A stretch of DNA of 64,000 bases from Candidatus Sulfotelmatobacter sp. GTDB taxonomy: Bacteria; Acidobacteriota; Terriglobia; Terriglobales; Acidobacteriaceae. The position numbers were made by a program, and so were the translations under genes. The DNA is taken from the NCBI GenBank assembly GCA_035695545.1, contig DASRRV010000019.1:411-64410 (forward strand), written 5' to 3'. The notes under the pieces were generated by a model. It saw nothing but the letters and a program-made list of their open reading frames with translations. It did no database searches and was not told the DNA's origin. Positions 1-8,742 of the stretch are shown piece by piece; position 1 is the first letter of the stretch; each line of letters begins with the position of its first letter.

Positions 1-171
1 CGTTCGCCGCACGTGGACAAGAAGTCGCGGGAGCAGTTTGAGATCCGCACCCACAAGCGGCTGCTCGACATTCTCGAGCCAACGCAGCAGACGGTGGACG
101 CGCTGATGAAGCTCGATCTGCCGGCGGGCGTGGATGTGGAGATCAAGGCGTTCGGGAAAGAACACAAGTAG
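1..171 (+). CDS. rpsJ: 30S ribosomal protein S10, C-terminal part (5' end outside window)
   Basis: Frame 1 is open from base 1: [56 protein letters not shown], stop TAG 169-171. The sequence is S10-like and lies ahead of rplC. Confidence 0.9.
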   Translation, partial: RSPHVDKKSREQFEIRTHKRLLDILEPTQQTVDALMKLDLPAGVDVEIKAFGKEHK

Positions 172-195
172 GCTGTCAGCTCTCAGCTGCTGAGG
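171..195. repeat. GCTNNCA/CAGCT-type heptamer word array
   Basis: ggctgtcagctctcagctgctgagg, directly after the rpsJ stop. Confidence 0.6.
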
Positions 196-201
196 TCGAT
201 T

Positions 202-456
202 GTGCAGAGATGCCCGAAATGCGGATATCGCGAAGGGACGGACTGGCCGGCGATCTTGTGGGTTGTAGCATTTAGCGTTTTGTACCTGGTCTTTATAGTT
301 GTGCCAGATCACGTACCTGTGGCTTTTTTCTTGTTTCAATCGGGAATAACGTGGAAGACGTGGCGCGAAAAGAAATATCGGGATGAGTATCTGACGCTGA
401 ACCCGCCGCCGACGCAGCGCGTGAAGGATCATTTAAAGGCTAGCCCCAGCCAATAG
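202..456 (+). CDS. small hypothetical membrane protein (CPKCG motif plus hydrophobic helix) between rpsJ and rplC
   Basis: ORF-track ORF of 84 aa with a GTG start. GAGG at 191-194 lies 7 nt upstream. Hydrophobic stretch [18 protein letters not shown]. Same strand as the operon. No family recognised. Confidence 0.4.
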   Translation: MQRCPKCGYREGTDWPAILWVVAFSVLYLVFIVVPDHVPVAFFLFQSGITWKTWREKKYRDEYLTLNPPPTQRVKDHLKASPSQ

Positions 457-485
457 CCACTGAGCCAAGCTGGATGGAGAAGGAA

Positions 486-1214
486 ATGGCAACGAAGGTC
501 GCAGGCATTTTGGGCAAGAAGGTCGGCATGACGCAGCTGTTTGACTCGAAGGGCGATGTTCGTCCGGTCACAGTGCTGCAGGCCGGTCCATGCGTGGTCA
601 CGCAGCACAAGTCGGCCGCGAAAGACGGCTATGAGGCGGCCCAGATTGGCCTGGTTGAATTTGTGAAAGAGTCGCGGCTGACCAAGCCTGCGAAAGGACA
701 CCTGGCGAAGAACAATCTTCCGCCGGTGAAGTTCATGCGCGAAGTGCCGCTCGAAGTCGAGGGCGCGGAAGATGGAGCGGTGAAGGTTGGCGACCGCGTG
801 CTGGTCGAAATTTTCGACGGAGAGCGCTTTGTCGACATCGTGGGAATCAGCAAGGGACGCGGCTTTCAGGGCGTCGTGAAGCGGCATCATTTCGGTGGCG
901 GTCCTAAGTCGCACGGTTCGATGTTTCAGATCACCGGTTCGATCGGGTCTTCGGCATTCCCGTCTCGTGTGTTCAAGGGGATGCGGATGTCGGGACACAT
1001 GGGCAACCAGAAGGTGACGGCTCGCAACCTGCGTGTGCTGGGTGTCGACAAGGACGAAAACTTGCTCGTAGTTGAGGGCAGCGTCCCGGGACCGCAGGGT
1101 GGATACATCGTAATTACGAAGGCGAAGAAACCGCCGAGAGAGCGCCGCGGATTCGCGGGTTCGGCGACGGTCGATCCGTTGAAGGCTGCGAAGAGAGCTG
1201 CGAAGAAGGCATAG
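486..1214 (+). CDS. rplC: 50S ribosomal protein L3
   Basis: MATKVAGILGKKVGMTQLF... is typical of L3. I prefer ATG 486 (GGAG 8-11 nt upstream) over the ORF-track start at 474. Confidence 0.97.
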   Translation: MATKVAGILGKKVGMTQLFDSKGDVRPVTVLQAGPCVVTQHKSAAKDGYEAAQIGLVEFVKESRLTKPAKGHLAKNNLPPVKFMREVPLEVEGAEDGAVKVGDRVLVEIFDGERFVDIVGISKGRGFQGVVKRHHFGGGPKSHGSMFQITGSIGSSAFPSRVFKGMRMSGHMGNQKVTARNLRVLGVDKDENLLVVEGSVPGPQGGYIVITKAKKPPRERRGFAGSATVDPLKAAKRAAKKA

Positions 1215-1245
1215 GAGTACCGGGTACTGAGTACCGAGTACTGAG
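1215..1245. repeat. GAGTACY word array
   Basis: gagtaccgggtactgagtaccgagtactgag in the rplC-rplD spacer. Contains the self-complementary AGTACC-G-GGTACT. Confidence 0.7.
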
Positions 1246-1253
1246 AAAAAGAC

Positions 1254-1988
1254 ATGGCAACGATAGACATACACAATCTGAGCGGCGAGAAAGTCGGTAC
1301 GCTCGACCTGGCCGACGAGATTTTCGGCGCGGTCAACGAGGATCTGCTGTGGGAAGCGGTGAAGCATTACCGCGCCGGGCAGCGCGCCGGAACCCACAAG
1401 ACCAAGGGCCGCTGGGAAGTTTCCGGCTCGGGCAAGAAGCTCTGGAAGCAGAAGGGCACAGGCCGGGCCCGCATCGGGTCGATCCGATCGCCACTGTGGC
1501 GGCATGGCTACACAGTGCATGGTCCCGTACCGCGGTCATATGATTACACCTTCCCGCGCAAGAAACTGATGGGCGCGCTGCGTTCGGCACTGGCGTCGAA
1601 GCTGGCCGATGGCAAGCTGATCGTGGTGAACGCATTCGACGTGAAGGAACCAAAGACCAAGGAATTCCGCAAGGCGCTGAATTCGTTGAAGGTTGACAAG
1701 ACGGTTCTGATCGTTGAAGAAGCGAAGCACGAGAACCACAATCTGCAGTTGAGCGCGCGCAATATCGACGGACTGGAACTGGTTCGCAGCAATGAAGTGC
1801 ATCCATATCACCTGCTGCGCTATGACCGCGTGATTTTCTCGCAGCCGGCCATCGAGAAACTGCAGGTTTCGCTGAAGTCTTCAGTGTCGAAGCGGCAGCA
1901 TAAGCCGAACCAGGACGAAGGCGCGAAAAAGCCAACGCACGAGCGGCGCCGGCGGGCGCGGCACGATAAAGCGGCGGAGGTAGCCTGA
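1254..1988 (+). CDS. rplD: 50S ribosomal protein L4 (with basic C-terminal extension)
   Basis: L4-like sequence (GTGRARIGSIRSPLWRHGY) in the conserved operon position. Confidence 0.97.
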   Translation: MATIDIHNLSGEKVGTLDLADEIFGAVNEDLLWEAVKHYRAGQRAGTHKTKGRWEVSGSGKKLWKQKGTGRARIGSIRSPLWRHGYTVHGPVPRSYDYTFPRKKLMGALRSALASKLADGKLIVVNAFDVKEPKTKEFRKALNSLKVDKTVLIVEEAKHENHNLQLSARNIDGLELVRSNEVHPYHLLRYDRVIFSQPAIEKLQVSLKSSVSKRQHKPNQDEGAKKPTHERRRRARHDKAAEVA

Positions 1989-2281
1989 TGAAATCCGCAT
2001 ACCAGATCATTCGCCGTCCGGTGATTACCGAGAAGGGCCTGGCCATCAAGGAGAACCAGAACACGCTGGTCTTCCAGGTGGCACCGAAGGCGACCAAGAC
2101 GGAAATCAAGGAAGCGGTGCAATCGATTTTCAAAGTGAAAGTGCATTCGGTGCGCACGGCCACGTATCCGGGAAAAGAACGGCGTCGCGGAAAGTTCGCG
2201 GGCTATCGTCCGGACTGGAAGAAAGCGTACGTGCGGTTGCGGTCCGGCGAGAAGATGCCGGAGTACGCGCAGAATCTGTAG
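1988..2281 (+). CDS. rplW: 50S ribosomal protein L23
   Basis: Its ATG overlaps the rplD stop (TGATG). L23-like sequence and position. Confidence 0.96.
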   Translation: MKSAYQIIRRPVITEKGLAIKENQNTLVFQVAPKATKTEIKEAVQSIFKVKVHSVRTATYPGKERRRGKFAGYRPDWKKAYVRLRSGEKMPEYAQNL

Positions 2282-2286
2282 AAACA

Positions 2287-2366
2287 CAGCTATCAGCTGT
2301 CAGCCGTTCGCGATCCGTAAAAGCGACGGTGCAAGGCTGAGGGCTGATAGCTGAAAGCTGAGAGCT
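2287..2366. repeat. CAGCT/GCTGA word-array hairpin
   Basis: The left arm cagctatcagctgtcagcc (2287-2305) pairs with the inverted right arm ggctgagggctgatagctgaaagctgagagct (2335-2366). The right arm ends 4 nt before the rplB ATG. Confidence 0.8.
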
Positions 2367-2370
2367 TCAT

Positions 2371-3195
2371 ATGCCAATTAAGACTTATCGACCGACCACG
2401 CAGACGCTGCGGTATCGCACGACGCTCGTCAATGACGACATTACGACCAAGCATCCGCATAAGCCGCTGGTAGAACCCAAGAACCGGACGGGCGGACGTC
2501 GCAACTCGGGCGACATGACGATGCGCTTCATCGGTGGCGGCCACAAGCGCAAACTCCGGATCATCGACTTCAAGCGCGACAAGACCGGGATTCCGGCGAC
2601 CGTGACCACGATTGAATACGATCCGAATCGCTCGTCGCGCATCGCGCTGCTGGCGTACGCTGATGGCGAAAAGCGCTACATCATTCAGCCGGAAGGGTTG
2701 AAGGTAGGGCAGAAAGTTGTGAGCGGACCTGAAGCCGACATCCTTGTGGGGAATGCGCTGCCGCTGCGGAACATTCCGCCTGGCACGCAGATCCACAATC
2801 TGGAACTGAAACCCGGCAAGGGCGCGCAGATGGTGCGCTCAGCGGGCGGCGCGGCGCAGTTGATCGCGAAGGAAGAAGAGTATGCGCTGGTGAAGCTACC
2901 TTCCGGCGAGACGCGCAAGATTTCGCAGGATTGCATGGCGACGATCGGACAGGTCGGCAATATCGACCATGAGAACGTCACCATCGGCAAGGCGGGACGG
3001 TCGCGCTGGCTGGGAAAGCGTCCGCACAATCGCGGCGTCTCCATGAATCCGGTCGACCATCCGCACGGCGGCGGTGAAGGCAAGACGTCCGGCGGACGGC
3101 ATCCGGTGACCCCGTGGGGCCAGCCGACGCGCGGATACAAGACTCGCAACAACAAGCGCACGGATAAGTTCATTGTGAACCGGCGCAGCAAGTAA
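2371..3195 (+). CDS. rplB: 50S ribosomal protein L2
   Basis: 274 aa with [19 protein letters not shown] and [13 protein letters not shown] motifs. Confidence 0.98.
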   Translation: MPIKTYRPTTQTLRYRTTLVNDDITTKHPHKPLVEPKNRTGGRRNSGDMTMRFIGGGHKRKLRIIDFKRDKTGIPATVTTIEYDPNRSSRIALLAYADGEKRYIIQPEGLKVGQKVVSGPEADILVGNALPLRNIPPGTQIHNLELKPGKGAQMVRSAGGAAQLIAKEEEYALVKLPSGETRKISQDCMATIGQVGNIDHENVTIGKAGRSRWLGKRPHNRGVSMNPVDHPHGGGEGKTSGGRHPVTPWGQPTRGYKTRNNKRTDKFIVNRRSK

Positions 3196-3246
3196 GCAGG
3201 TTCCTTACCCGCAGAGAATGAGGGTTTGGGTTAACAAAAGTTTGTT

Positions 3247-3281
3247 AGCTAAGAGCTAGAAGCTAAAAAGCTAGAGGCTGA
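3247..3281. repeat. AGCTARN heptamer word array
   Basis: agctaagagctagaagctaaaaagctagaggctga. Ends 5 nt before the rpsS ATG. Confidence 0.75.
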
Positions 3282-3286
3282 TTTTT

Positions 3287-3643
3287 ATGGCACGTTCAAC
3301 GAAAAAAGGCGCGTTCGTGGATGCTTACCTGCAGGCGAGGGTAGAGGGCATGAATGCGCGCAATGAAAAGAAAGTGCTGCGCACGTGGTCGCGGCGTTCG
3401 ACCGTGATCCCCGAGATGGTTGGGCACACGATCGCGGTGCACAACGGGAAGAAGTTCATCCCGGTGTACGTAACCGAGAACATGGTGGGGCACAAGCTGG
3501 GCGAGTTCAGCTTCACGCGCAACTTCAAGGGACACTCCATGAAGGCTGCGACTGAAGTTGCGGCCAAGCCGGCCGGTATCCCGGGTGGTCCGGGAGCGAT
3601 TGCTCCGGCGGCTTCGTCAGCGCCAGCGGCGCCGAAGGCCTAA
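3287..3643 (+). CDS. rpsS: 30S ribosomal protein S19 (Ala/Pro-rich C-terminal tail)
   Basis: [12 protein letters not shown]...[23 protein letters not shown], in the operon position. Confidence 0.97.
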   Translation: MARSTKKGAFVDAYLQARVEGMNARNEKKVLRTWSRRSTVIPEMVGHTIAVHNGKKFIPVYVTENMVGHKLGEFSFTRNFKGHSMKAATEVAAKPAGIPGGPGAIAPAASSAPAAPKA

Positions 3644-3646
3644 AGA

Positions 3647-3672
3647 CAGCTTCTAGCTACTAGCTAGCTAGG
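3647..3672. repeat. CTAGCTA word array
   Basis: cagcttctagctactagctagctagg. Shares the 13-mer cagcttctagcta with the array at 8601. Confidence 0.75.
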
Positions 3673-3693
3673 CAAAAGACTGAGACAACGAAT

Positions 3694-4158
3694 ATGGAAT
3701 TTCGAGCGGAAATGCGTTACTTGCGCGTGTCGCCCCAGAAGGCGCGGCTGGTGCTGGATTTGATCAAGGGGCGGCGCGTGGAAGAAGCGCGCAACACGCT
3801 GGCATTCACCAAGAAGCGCGTGGCGGCGCACCTGGGCAAGCTGCTGCAGTCGGCGCTCGACAACGCCAACTTTCTCGCGACTGAGAAAGGACTCGACGTC
3901 GAGATCGACAACCTGTACGTGAAGAGTGCGATCGCGAACGACGGTCCGCGCATGAAGAGGATTCGTCCGGCGCCGCAGGGACGCGCGTACCGGTATCAGC
4001 GGCGCATTGCGCACATCGAGCTGATCCTGGCGGAGCGCGGGAAGAGCGGCGAAGTTTCCACCAGTGCGGGCAGCGGCGAGGCAGCGGCTCCGGCTAAGGC
4101 CAAGCGACGGGCTCCGGCGGTGAAAGCGGCCGGCAAGAAGAACGCGGCGGCGAAGTGA
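3694..4158 (+). CDS. rplV: 50S ribosomal protein L22 (extended C-terminus)
   Basis: RYLRVSPQKARLVLDLIKGRRVEEA is L22-like, in the operon position. Confidence 0.97.
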   Translation: MEFRAEMRYLRVSPQKARLVLDLIKGRRVEEARNTLAFTKKRVAAHLGKLLQSALDNANFLATEKGLDVEIDNLYVKSAIANDGPRMKRIRPAPQGRAYRYQRRIAHIELILAERGKSGEVSTSAGSGEAAAPAKAKRRAPAVKAAGKKNAAAK

Positions 4159-4159
4159 C

Positions 4160-4230
4160 CGCAGTTTTGCGGGCGTGAGCCCGCAGCGGTCATCCTGAGC
4201 GTGCTTTGCGAAGGGTCTGAATTTCGGCAG
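4160..4230. repeat. REP-like element with GTCATCCTGAG...GAAGGGTC module
   Basis: Contains ggtcatcctgagcgtgctttgcgaagggtctga in the rplV-rpsC spacer. The same module occurs at 5029-5039 (reverse complement), 8105-8115 (reverse complement) and 50557-50567. Confidence 0.7.
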
Positions 4231-4264
4231 TTTGGTTCGAGATGGGTTTGATTTAGGAGAAGCA

Positions 4265-4930
4265 ATGGGACAAAAAGTCCATCCTTATGGTTTTCGCCTC
4301 GGCTATACCAAGCCGTGGAAGTCGCGCTGGTTTGCCGAGCGGGATTACGACAAGCAGCTGCATGAAGACGTCAAGCTGAAGGCTGAACTGAAAGACAAGC
4401 TGAAGTCGGCGGGTGTCAGCTCGATTGAAATCGAGCGTCCGGGCAACAAGCTGCGCATCATTATCAAAACGGCGCGGCCGGGAATCATCATCGGACGCAA
4501 GGGCGCGGAAATCGACAAGCTCAAGGGCGAGCTGCAGAAACGCACGGCGGGCAAAGATATTTTTGTCGATATCCAGGAAGTGCACAAGCCTGAGCTCGAC
4601 GCGCAGCTGGTTTCGGAGTCAATCGCCCTGCAACTGGAAAAGCGCGTGGGCTTCCGGCGCGCGATGCGCAAGGCGGTGGACTCGGCGCTGCGCTTCGGAT
4701 GTAAGGGAATCAAAGTCCGCGTGAGTGGACGGTTGAACGGCAACGAAATCGCGCGGTCGGAGTGGTATCTGCAGGGGCGGTTGCCGCTGCATACGCTGCG
4801 CGCTGATATCGACTACGGCTTTACTGAGGCGCGCACGACGTACGGCGTCATCGGGGTGAAGTGCTGGGTGTACAAGGGCGAGATTCTGCCGACGAAGAAA
4901 CGCGAGCCGCAGGCGGCAGGCGGCTTCTAG
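4265..4930 (+). CDS. rpsC: 30S ribosomal protein S3
   Basis: [14 protein letters not shown]... I prefer ATG 4265, which has AGGAG upstream, over the ORF-track start at 4232. Confidence 0.97.
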   Translation: MGQKVHPYGFRLGYTKPWKSRWFAERDYDKQLHEDVKLKAELKDKLKSAGVSSIEIERPGNKLRIIIKTARPGIIIGRKGAEIDKLKGELQKRTAGKDIFVDIQEVHKPELDAQLVSESIALQLEKRVGFRRAMRKAVDSALRFGCKGIKVRVSGRLNGNEIARSEWYLQGRLPLHTLRADIDYGFTEARTTYGVIGVKCWVYKGEILPTKKREPQAAGGF

Positions 4931-4931
4931 C

Positions 4932-5039
4932 AGGGAAGCGCGCCAGACGCGCGATTTAGTAATCTCGCAACGAACGCGAGATTGATCGCGCGGCGCGCCC
5001 AGATCTTTCGCTCGACAAAAACGTGTCGCTCCGGATGAC
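4932..5039. repeat. about 108-nt structured REP-like element, copy A
   Basis: Begins agggaagcgcgccagacgcgcgattt, identical over 26 nt to copy B at 8012. It has internal hairpins and ends ...ctccggatgac. Lies in the rpsC-rplP spacer. Confidence 0.85.
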
Positions 5040-5054
5040 AACGAGAGAACTCTT

Positions 5055-5474
5055 ATGTTGATGCCAAAGAAAGTGAAGTATCGCAAGCAACAGCGCGGGC
5101 GCATGACCGGCAAGGCCTGGCGCGGGTCCACGCTGGCGTTCGGCGATTTCGGCCTGAAGGTGCTGGAGCCGGGATGGATCACCGACCGGCAGATTGAAGC
5201 CAGCCGTGTGGCCATGACGCGTTTCGTGAAGCGCGGCGGAAAGATTTGGATCCGCGTTTTTCCCGACAAGCCAGTCACGAAGAAGCCGGCTGAAACCCGT
5301 ATGGGTAAGGGCAAAGGCGCTCCTGATCACTGGGTTGCAGTCGTGAAGCCGGGAAAGATTTTGTTCGAGATGGAAGGCGTGAGCTTGCAGGACGCGAGCG
5401 AGGCGATGCGGTTGGCATCGCACAAGCTGGCTCTGCGGACCACGCTGGTGAAGCGCGAAGGCGCAGCGCATTAA
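5055..5474 (+). CDS. rplP: 50S ribosomal protein L16
   Basis: [17 protein letters not shown]... is L16-like. Confidence 0.98.
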   Translation: MLMPKKVKYRKQQRGRMTGKAWRGSTLAFGDFGLKVLEPGWITDRQIEASRVAMTRFVKRGGKIWIRVFPDKPVTKKPAETRMGKGKGAPDHWVAVVKPGKILFEMEGVSLQDASEAMRLASHKLALRTTLVKREGAAH

Positions 5475-5567
5475 GAAGCTGTGAGCAGCGAGCTTTGAGT
5501 TGCGAGTCAACCGTTGCTTGTGGGGGTTGACTTGCCCGCTCACCGCTCAAAGCTCACGGCTCGAAGC
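5475..5567. repeat. GTGAGC/GCTCA word-array hairpin
   Basis: The left arm gaagctgtgagcagcgagctttgagttgcgagtcaacc pairs with the right arm ggttgacttgcccgctcaccgctcaaagctcacggctcgaagc. Lies in the rplP-rpmC spacer. Confidence 0.8.
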
Positions 5568-5579
5568 TGAAGGAACTTT

Positions 5580-5789
5580 ATGAAGGCAGACAAGATTCGC
5601 AATTTAACGGAAGATGAGCTTCGTCACCAGGAGAGTGAGCTGGCGGACCAGCTCTTCAAGCTGAAGTTTCAGCTGAACATGGGACAGACGGAGAGCCTGA
5701 AGAAGATTCGCGGGCTGCGCAAGGACATTGCGCGCGTCAAGACGATCATCGGAGAGCGCGAGCGCTCGGCCGCGGGTGAGAAGAAATAA
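5580..5789 (+). CDS. rpmC: 50S ribosomal protein L29
   Basis: 69 aa, LRNLTEDELRHQESELADQLFKLKFQ is L29-like. Confidence 0.95.
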   Translation: MKADKIRNLTEDELRHQESELADQLFKLKFQLNMGQTESLKKIRGLRKDIARVKTIIGERERSAAGEKK

Positions 5790-5802
5790 TGGAGAAACGA
5801 TA

Positions 5803-6117
5803 ATGGCGGAAACAACAGCAGCCGCGAAGGTTCAAGGCCGCCGCAAGGAGGTGGTTGGAGAAGTGGTCGCCAACCGCATGCAGAAGACGATTGTGGTCAA
5901 GGTGACGCGGAAGAAGTCGCATCCGTTCTACGGACGCGTGATCGCGCGCAACAAGAAGTTTTACGCCCACGACGAGAAGAACGAGGCGCACGTTGGCGAT
6001 GTTGTGCGGATCGAGGAGACTCGGCCGCTGTCGAAACTGAAGCGCTGGAAGCTGAAGGATATTGTGCGCAAGGCGGCGCTGGTGCCGGAAGCGGCGGTTG
6101 AGGTTCCGGGCGCATAA
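5803..6117 (+). CDS. rpsQ: 30S ribosomal protein S17
   Basis: The S17 core is GEVVANRMQKTIVVKVTRKKSHPFYGRV. I prefer ATG 5803 because the ORF-track start at 5728 overlaps rpmC. Confidence 0.95.
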   Translation: MAETTAAAKVQGRRKEVVGEVVANRMQKTIVVKVTRKKSHPFYGRVIARNKKFYAHDEKNEAHVGDVVRIEETRPLSKLKRWKLKDIVRKAALVPEAAVEVPGA

Positions 6118-6150
6118 CGCGCGAGTGAGATAAAGAGGGAGATTGACGCC

Positions 6151-6522
6151 ATGGCTGTGATGATGAGATCGATGCTGGAGGTCGCCGACAACTCCGGCGC
6201 CCGCAAGCTGCAGATGATCCTGCCGCTGGGCGGTTCGACCGGATTGAATGCCGGGCTGGGCGACATAATCACGGCCGCCGTGAAAGAGTCGGCGCCCGAG
6301 GGTCAGGTGCAGAAGGGCAAGGTCGTGAAGGCGGTCATCGTGCGCACGCGCAAGGAGCATCGGCGTCGCGATGGAACGTATATCCGCTTCGACCAGAATG
6401 CCGCGGTGTTGATCAACGATGCCGGCGAACCGGTGGGCACGCGCGTGTTTGGTCCGGTAGCTCGCGAGTTGCGCGAGAAGAAGTTTTTGAAGATTGTTTC
6501 GCTGGCGCCGGAAGTCATTTAG
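6151..6522 (+). CDS. rplN: 50S ribosomal protein L14
   Basis: [12 protein letters not shown]...[23 protein letters not shown] is L14-like. Confidence 0.97.
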   Translation: MAVMMRSMLEVADNSGARKLQMILPLGGSTGLNAGLGDIITAAVKESAPEGQVQKGKVVKAVIVRTRKEHRRRDGTYIRFDQNAAVLINDAGEPVGTRVFGPVARELREKKFLKIVSLAPEVI

Positions 6523-6525
6523 CAA

Positions 6526-6633
6526 GTTTCAAGGTTTCAGAGTTTCAAGGTTTCAAGGTGCCTTGGGATTCGGGAGCCGCGTAGAGCCAAGACTGTTTAG
6601 CTCTGAAACACTGCAACCTTGAAACTTTGAAAC
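6526..6633. repeat. GTTTCAAR octamer word-array hairpin
   Basis: The left arm gtttcaag-gtttcaga-gtttcaag-gtttcaag (6526-6558) pairs with the inverted right arm ctgaaacactgcaaccttgaaactttgaaac (6603-6633). Lies in the rplN-rplX spacer. Confidence 0.9.
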
Positions 6634-6641
6634 GGAATTTT

Positions 6642-6983
6642 ATGAGAACTGTTAGAACTGAAAACAAGCGAGTGGATATCCGGCGGAACGACACCGTGAA
6701 GGTGATTACGGGCCGCGATAAGGGCAAGGAAGGGCGCGTGCTGCGCGTGTTTCCGAACGATGCGAAGCTCCTGGTGGAGCACGTGATGATGGTGAAAAAG
6801 CACGTGCGGCCCAACCCGAACCGCAACATCAAGGGCGGCATCGCGGAGCAAGAGAGCCGGATCGCGATCTCCAATGTGCAGTTGGTGTGTCCGACCTGCG
6901 GGCCGGTGCGCATTGGGCATGAAGAGCGCGGCGACCGCAAAGTGCGGGTGTGCAAGAAGTGCGATACAACGCTGGATAAGTAG
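6642..6983 (+). CDS. rplX: 50S ribosomal protein L24 with C-terminal CxxC...CxxC
   Basis: KOW motif DTVKVITGRDKGKEGRVLRV. I prefer ATG 6642 because the ORF-track start at 6627 lies inside the repeat hairpin arm. Confidence 0.95.
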   Translation: MRTVRTENKRVDIRRNDTVKVITGRDKGKEGRVLRVFPNDAKLLVEHVMMVKKHVRPNPNRNIKGGIAEQESRIAISNVQLVCPTCGPVRIGHEERGDRKVRVCKKCDTTLDK

Positions 6984-7077
6984 ATTTGGTAATTGGGGAA
7001 ATTTAGTAATTTGGTAATTGAAAACCAAGAAGGACTTTGATTTTCAATTCCTCAGCCCGATTACAAAATTACAAAAT
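6984..7077. repeat. GGTAATT/TTACAAAA word-array hairpin (AT-rich variant)
   Basis: atttggtaattggggaaatttagtaatttggtaattgaaaacc ... gattttcaattcctcagcccgattacaaaattacaaaat. Lies in the rplX-rplE spacer. Confidence 0.75.
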
Positions 7078-7148
7078 ATCTCACGAACCGGTACACGTCG
7101 GCTAAGAACTGACACTCCGAAACCGTGAGAGGAAGTTGACGAAACGAC

Positions 7149-7769
7149 ATGGCAAAAGACAAAAAAGGATCGAAAGAGTCGGTGCAGGAGCAGAAGGCGC
7201 CGGATCAAGCGCGGCATAGCGCGAAAGAGCGTCCGCGGCTGCGCGCGAAGTTTGAGAAGGACGTGGCTCCGGCTCTGTTGAAAGAGCTGGAACTGAAGAA
7301 CCCGATGGCCGTTCCGCGCCTGAACAAGATTGTAGTGAACATGGGCGTGGGCGAAGCGACGCAGAACGCCAAGGTGCTCGATCCGGCGGTCAACGAACTG
7401 GGCCAGATCACGGGTCAGAAGCCTGTCGTGACCCGCGCGAAGAAGTCGATCGCGGCGTTTAAGGTGCGCGAAGGCCAGTCGATCGGCGCGATGGTGACGT
7501 TGCGCGGCGACCGCATGTACGAATTCCTGGACCGGCTGGTGAACATTGTTCTGCCCCGCGTGCGCGATTTCAAGGGAGTGTCGACCAAGTCGTTCGACGG
7601 GCGCGGAAACTTCACGCTCGGGCTGCACGATCAGTTGATTTTCCCCGAGATCTCGTACGAGAAGGTCGACAAGCAGAAGGGCATGAACGTAACGATTGTG
7701 ACCACTGCGGCCAACGACAATCAAGCGCGGACGTTGTTGAAGTATCTGGGAATGCCTTTTAGAGCATAG
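7149..7769 (+). CDS. rplE: 50S ribosomal protein L5 (N-terminal Lys/Glu-rich extension)
   Basis: The L5 core is [16 protein letters not shown]...[15 protein letters not shown]. Confidence 0.97.
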   Translation: MAKDKKGSKESVQEQKAPDQARHSAKERPRLRAKFEKDVAPALLKELELKNPMAVPRLNKIVVNMGVGEATQNAKVLDPAVNELGQITGQKPVVTRAKKSIAAFKVREGQSIGAMVTLRGDRMYEFLDRLVNIVLPRVRDFKGVSTKSFDGRGNFTLGLHDQLIFPEISYEKVDKQKGMNVTIVTTAANDNQARTLLKYLGMPFRA

Positions 7770-7802
7770 GTTGCAAAGTTTCAAGGTTTCAATGTTTCAA
7801 CC
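7770..7802. repeat. GTTTCAAR word array, forward arm only
   Basis: gttgcaaagtttcaaggtttcaatgtttcaacc in the rplE-rpsN spacer. No clear inverted partner. Confidence 0.8.
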
Positions 7803-7827
7803 GTAAGGCGAAGTTCAGGAGCTAAGT

Positions 7828-8013
7828 TTGGCAACTACAGCAAAACGAGTCAAAGACGCGAAGAAGCCCAAGTTCTCCACGCGCAAGCACAACCGCTGCA
7901 AGCTGTGCGGTCGTCCGCGCGCTTTCCTGCGCAAGTTCGGCATTTGCCGCTTGTGCTTCCGCGGGTTGGCGCTGCGCGGTGAGATTCCTGGGGTTTCGAA
8001 GTCGTCCTGGTAG
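7828..8013 (+). CDS. rpsN: 30S ribosomal protein S14 type Z (zinc form)
   Basis: 61 aa with CKLCGR...CRLCFR. TTG start with AGGAG upstream. Confidence 0.95.
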   Translation: MATTAKRVKDAKKPKFSTRKHNRCKLCGRPRAFLRKFGICRLCFRGLALRGEIPGVSKSSW

Positions 8014-8116
8014 GGAAGCGCGCCAGACGCGCGATTTCTTGGTTCGCAAAAGCGCGAACGATTCGCGCGGCGTGGATAGGTCCTTCGGCCGCAAAAGACG
8101 CGGCCTCAGGATGACC
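8012..8116. repeat. about 105-nt structured REP-like element, copy B
   Basis: agggaagcgcgccagacgcgcgattt ... ggtccttcggccgcaaaagacgcggcctcaggatgac. Lies in the rpsN-rpsH spacer. Confidence 0.85.
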
Positions 8117-8196
8117 AAGGCAACAACCAAGTAACAAGCTGCCGCAGGTTCTCCGCTTCACTCGGAGCGAACGGGCAGCCAGAGGAGAAGCAAACG

Positions 8197-8595
8197 ATGA
8201 GGTTGACCGATCCGGTGGCAGACATGCTGACTCGAGTGCGGAACGCACTCCAGGCCCGGCACCAGAAAGTGGATATCCCGGCTTCGCGGCTGAAGCTGGA
8301 GATCGCCCGCATCCTGAAGGAAGAGGGCTACATCTCCAATTTCAAGCCGACGGAGGAAGAAGGCCATAAGGTCATCCGGATTTATCTGAAGTACGGCGCT
8401 AATAACGAAGCAGCGATCTCGAAGGCCGAGCGTGTGTCGCGGCCGGGATGCCGCGTGTACGTGCGCCGCAGCGAGATTCCACGCGTGTTGGGCGGTATGG
8501 GGATCAACATCCTCACGACTCCCCGCGGCGTGATGACAGGCCGCCAGGCGCGCAAAGAAGGCTTGGGCGGCGAGTTGCTTTGCCAGATTTGGTAG
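8197..8595 (+). CDS. rpsH: 30S ribosomal protein S8
   Basis: MRLTDPVADMLTRVRNA... is S8-like. Confidence 0.97.
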   Translation: MRLTDPVADMLTRVRNALQARHQKVDIPASRLKLEIARILKEEGYISNFKPTEEEGHKVIRIYLKYGANNEAAISKAERVSRPGCRVYVRRSEIPRVLGGMGINILTTPRGVMTGRQARKEGLGGELLCQIW

Positions 8596-8600
8596 AAGAG

Positions 8601-8634
8601 CAGCTTCTAGCTATTAGCTTCTAGCTACTAGCTA
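8601..8634. repeat. CTAGCTA word array
   Basis: cagcttctagctattagcttctagctactagcta in the rpsH-rplF spacer. Confidence 0.8.
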
Positions 8635-8742
8635 AAGGCAGCGATTTGTAAAGTTTGATTCAGCTTGAAACCGATTCGGCGAATGCCGGACTGAAAACCA
8701 GAGCAGCCTGGCTAGAAGCCAGGAGTGAGAAGCCAAAAGCTT

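Noticed and set aside
429-1520. 363-aa minus-strand ORF overlapping rplC and rplD. Similar long antisense ORFs lie at 1333-2163, 5746-6525, 11543-12649 and 16454-17548.
   Set aside because: They lie antisense to unmistakable ribosomal, secY and rpoA genes. They have Arg/Ala/His-rich low-complexity composition typical of shadow frames in high-GC DNA, and they show no recognisable motifs.
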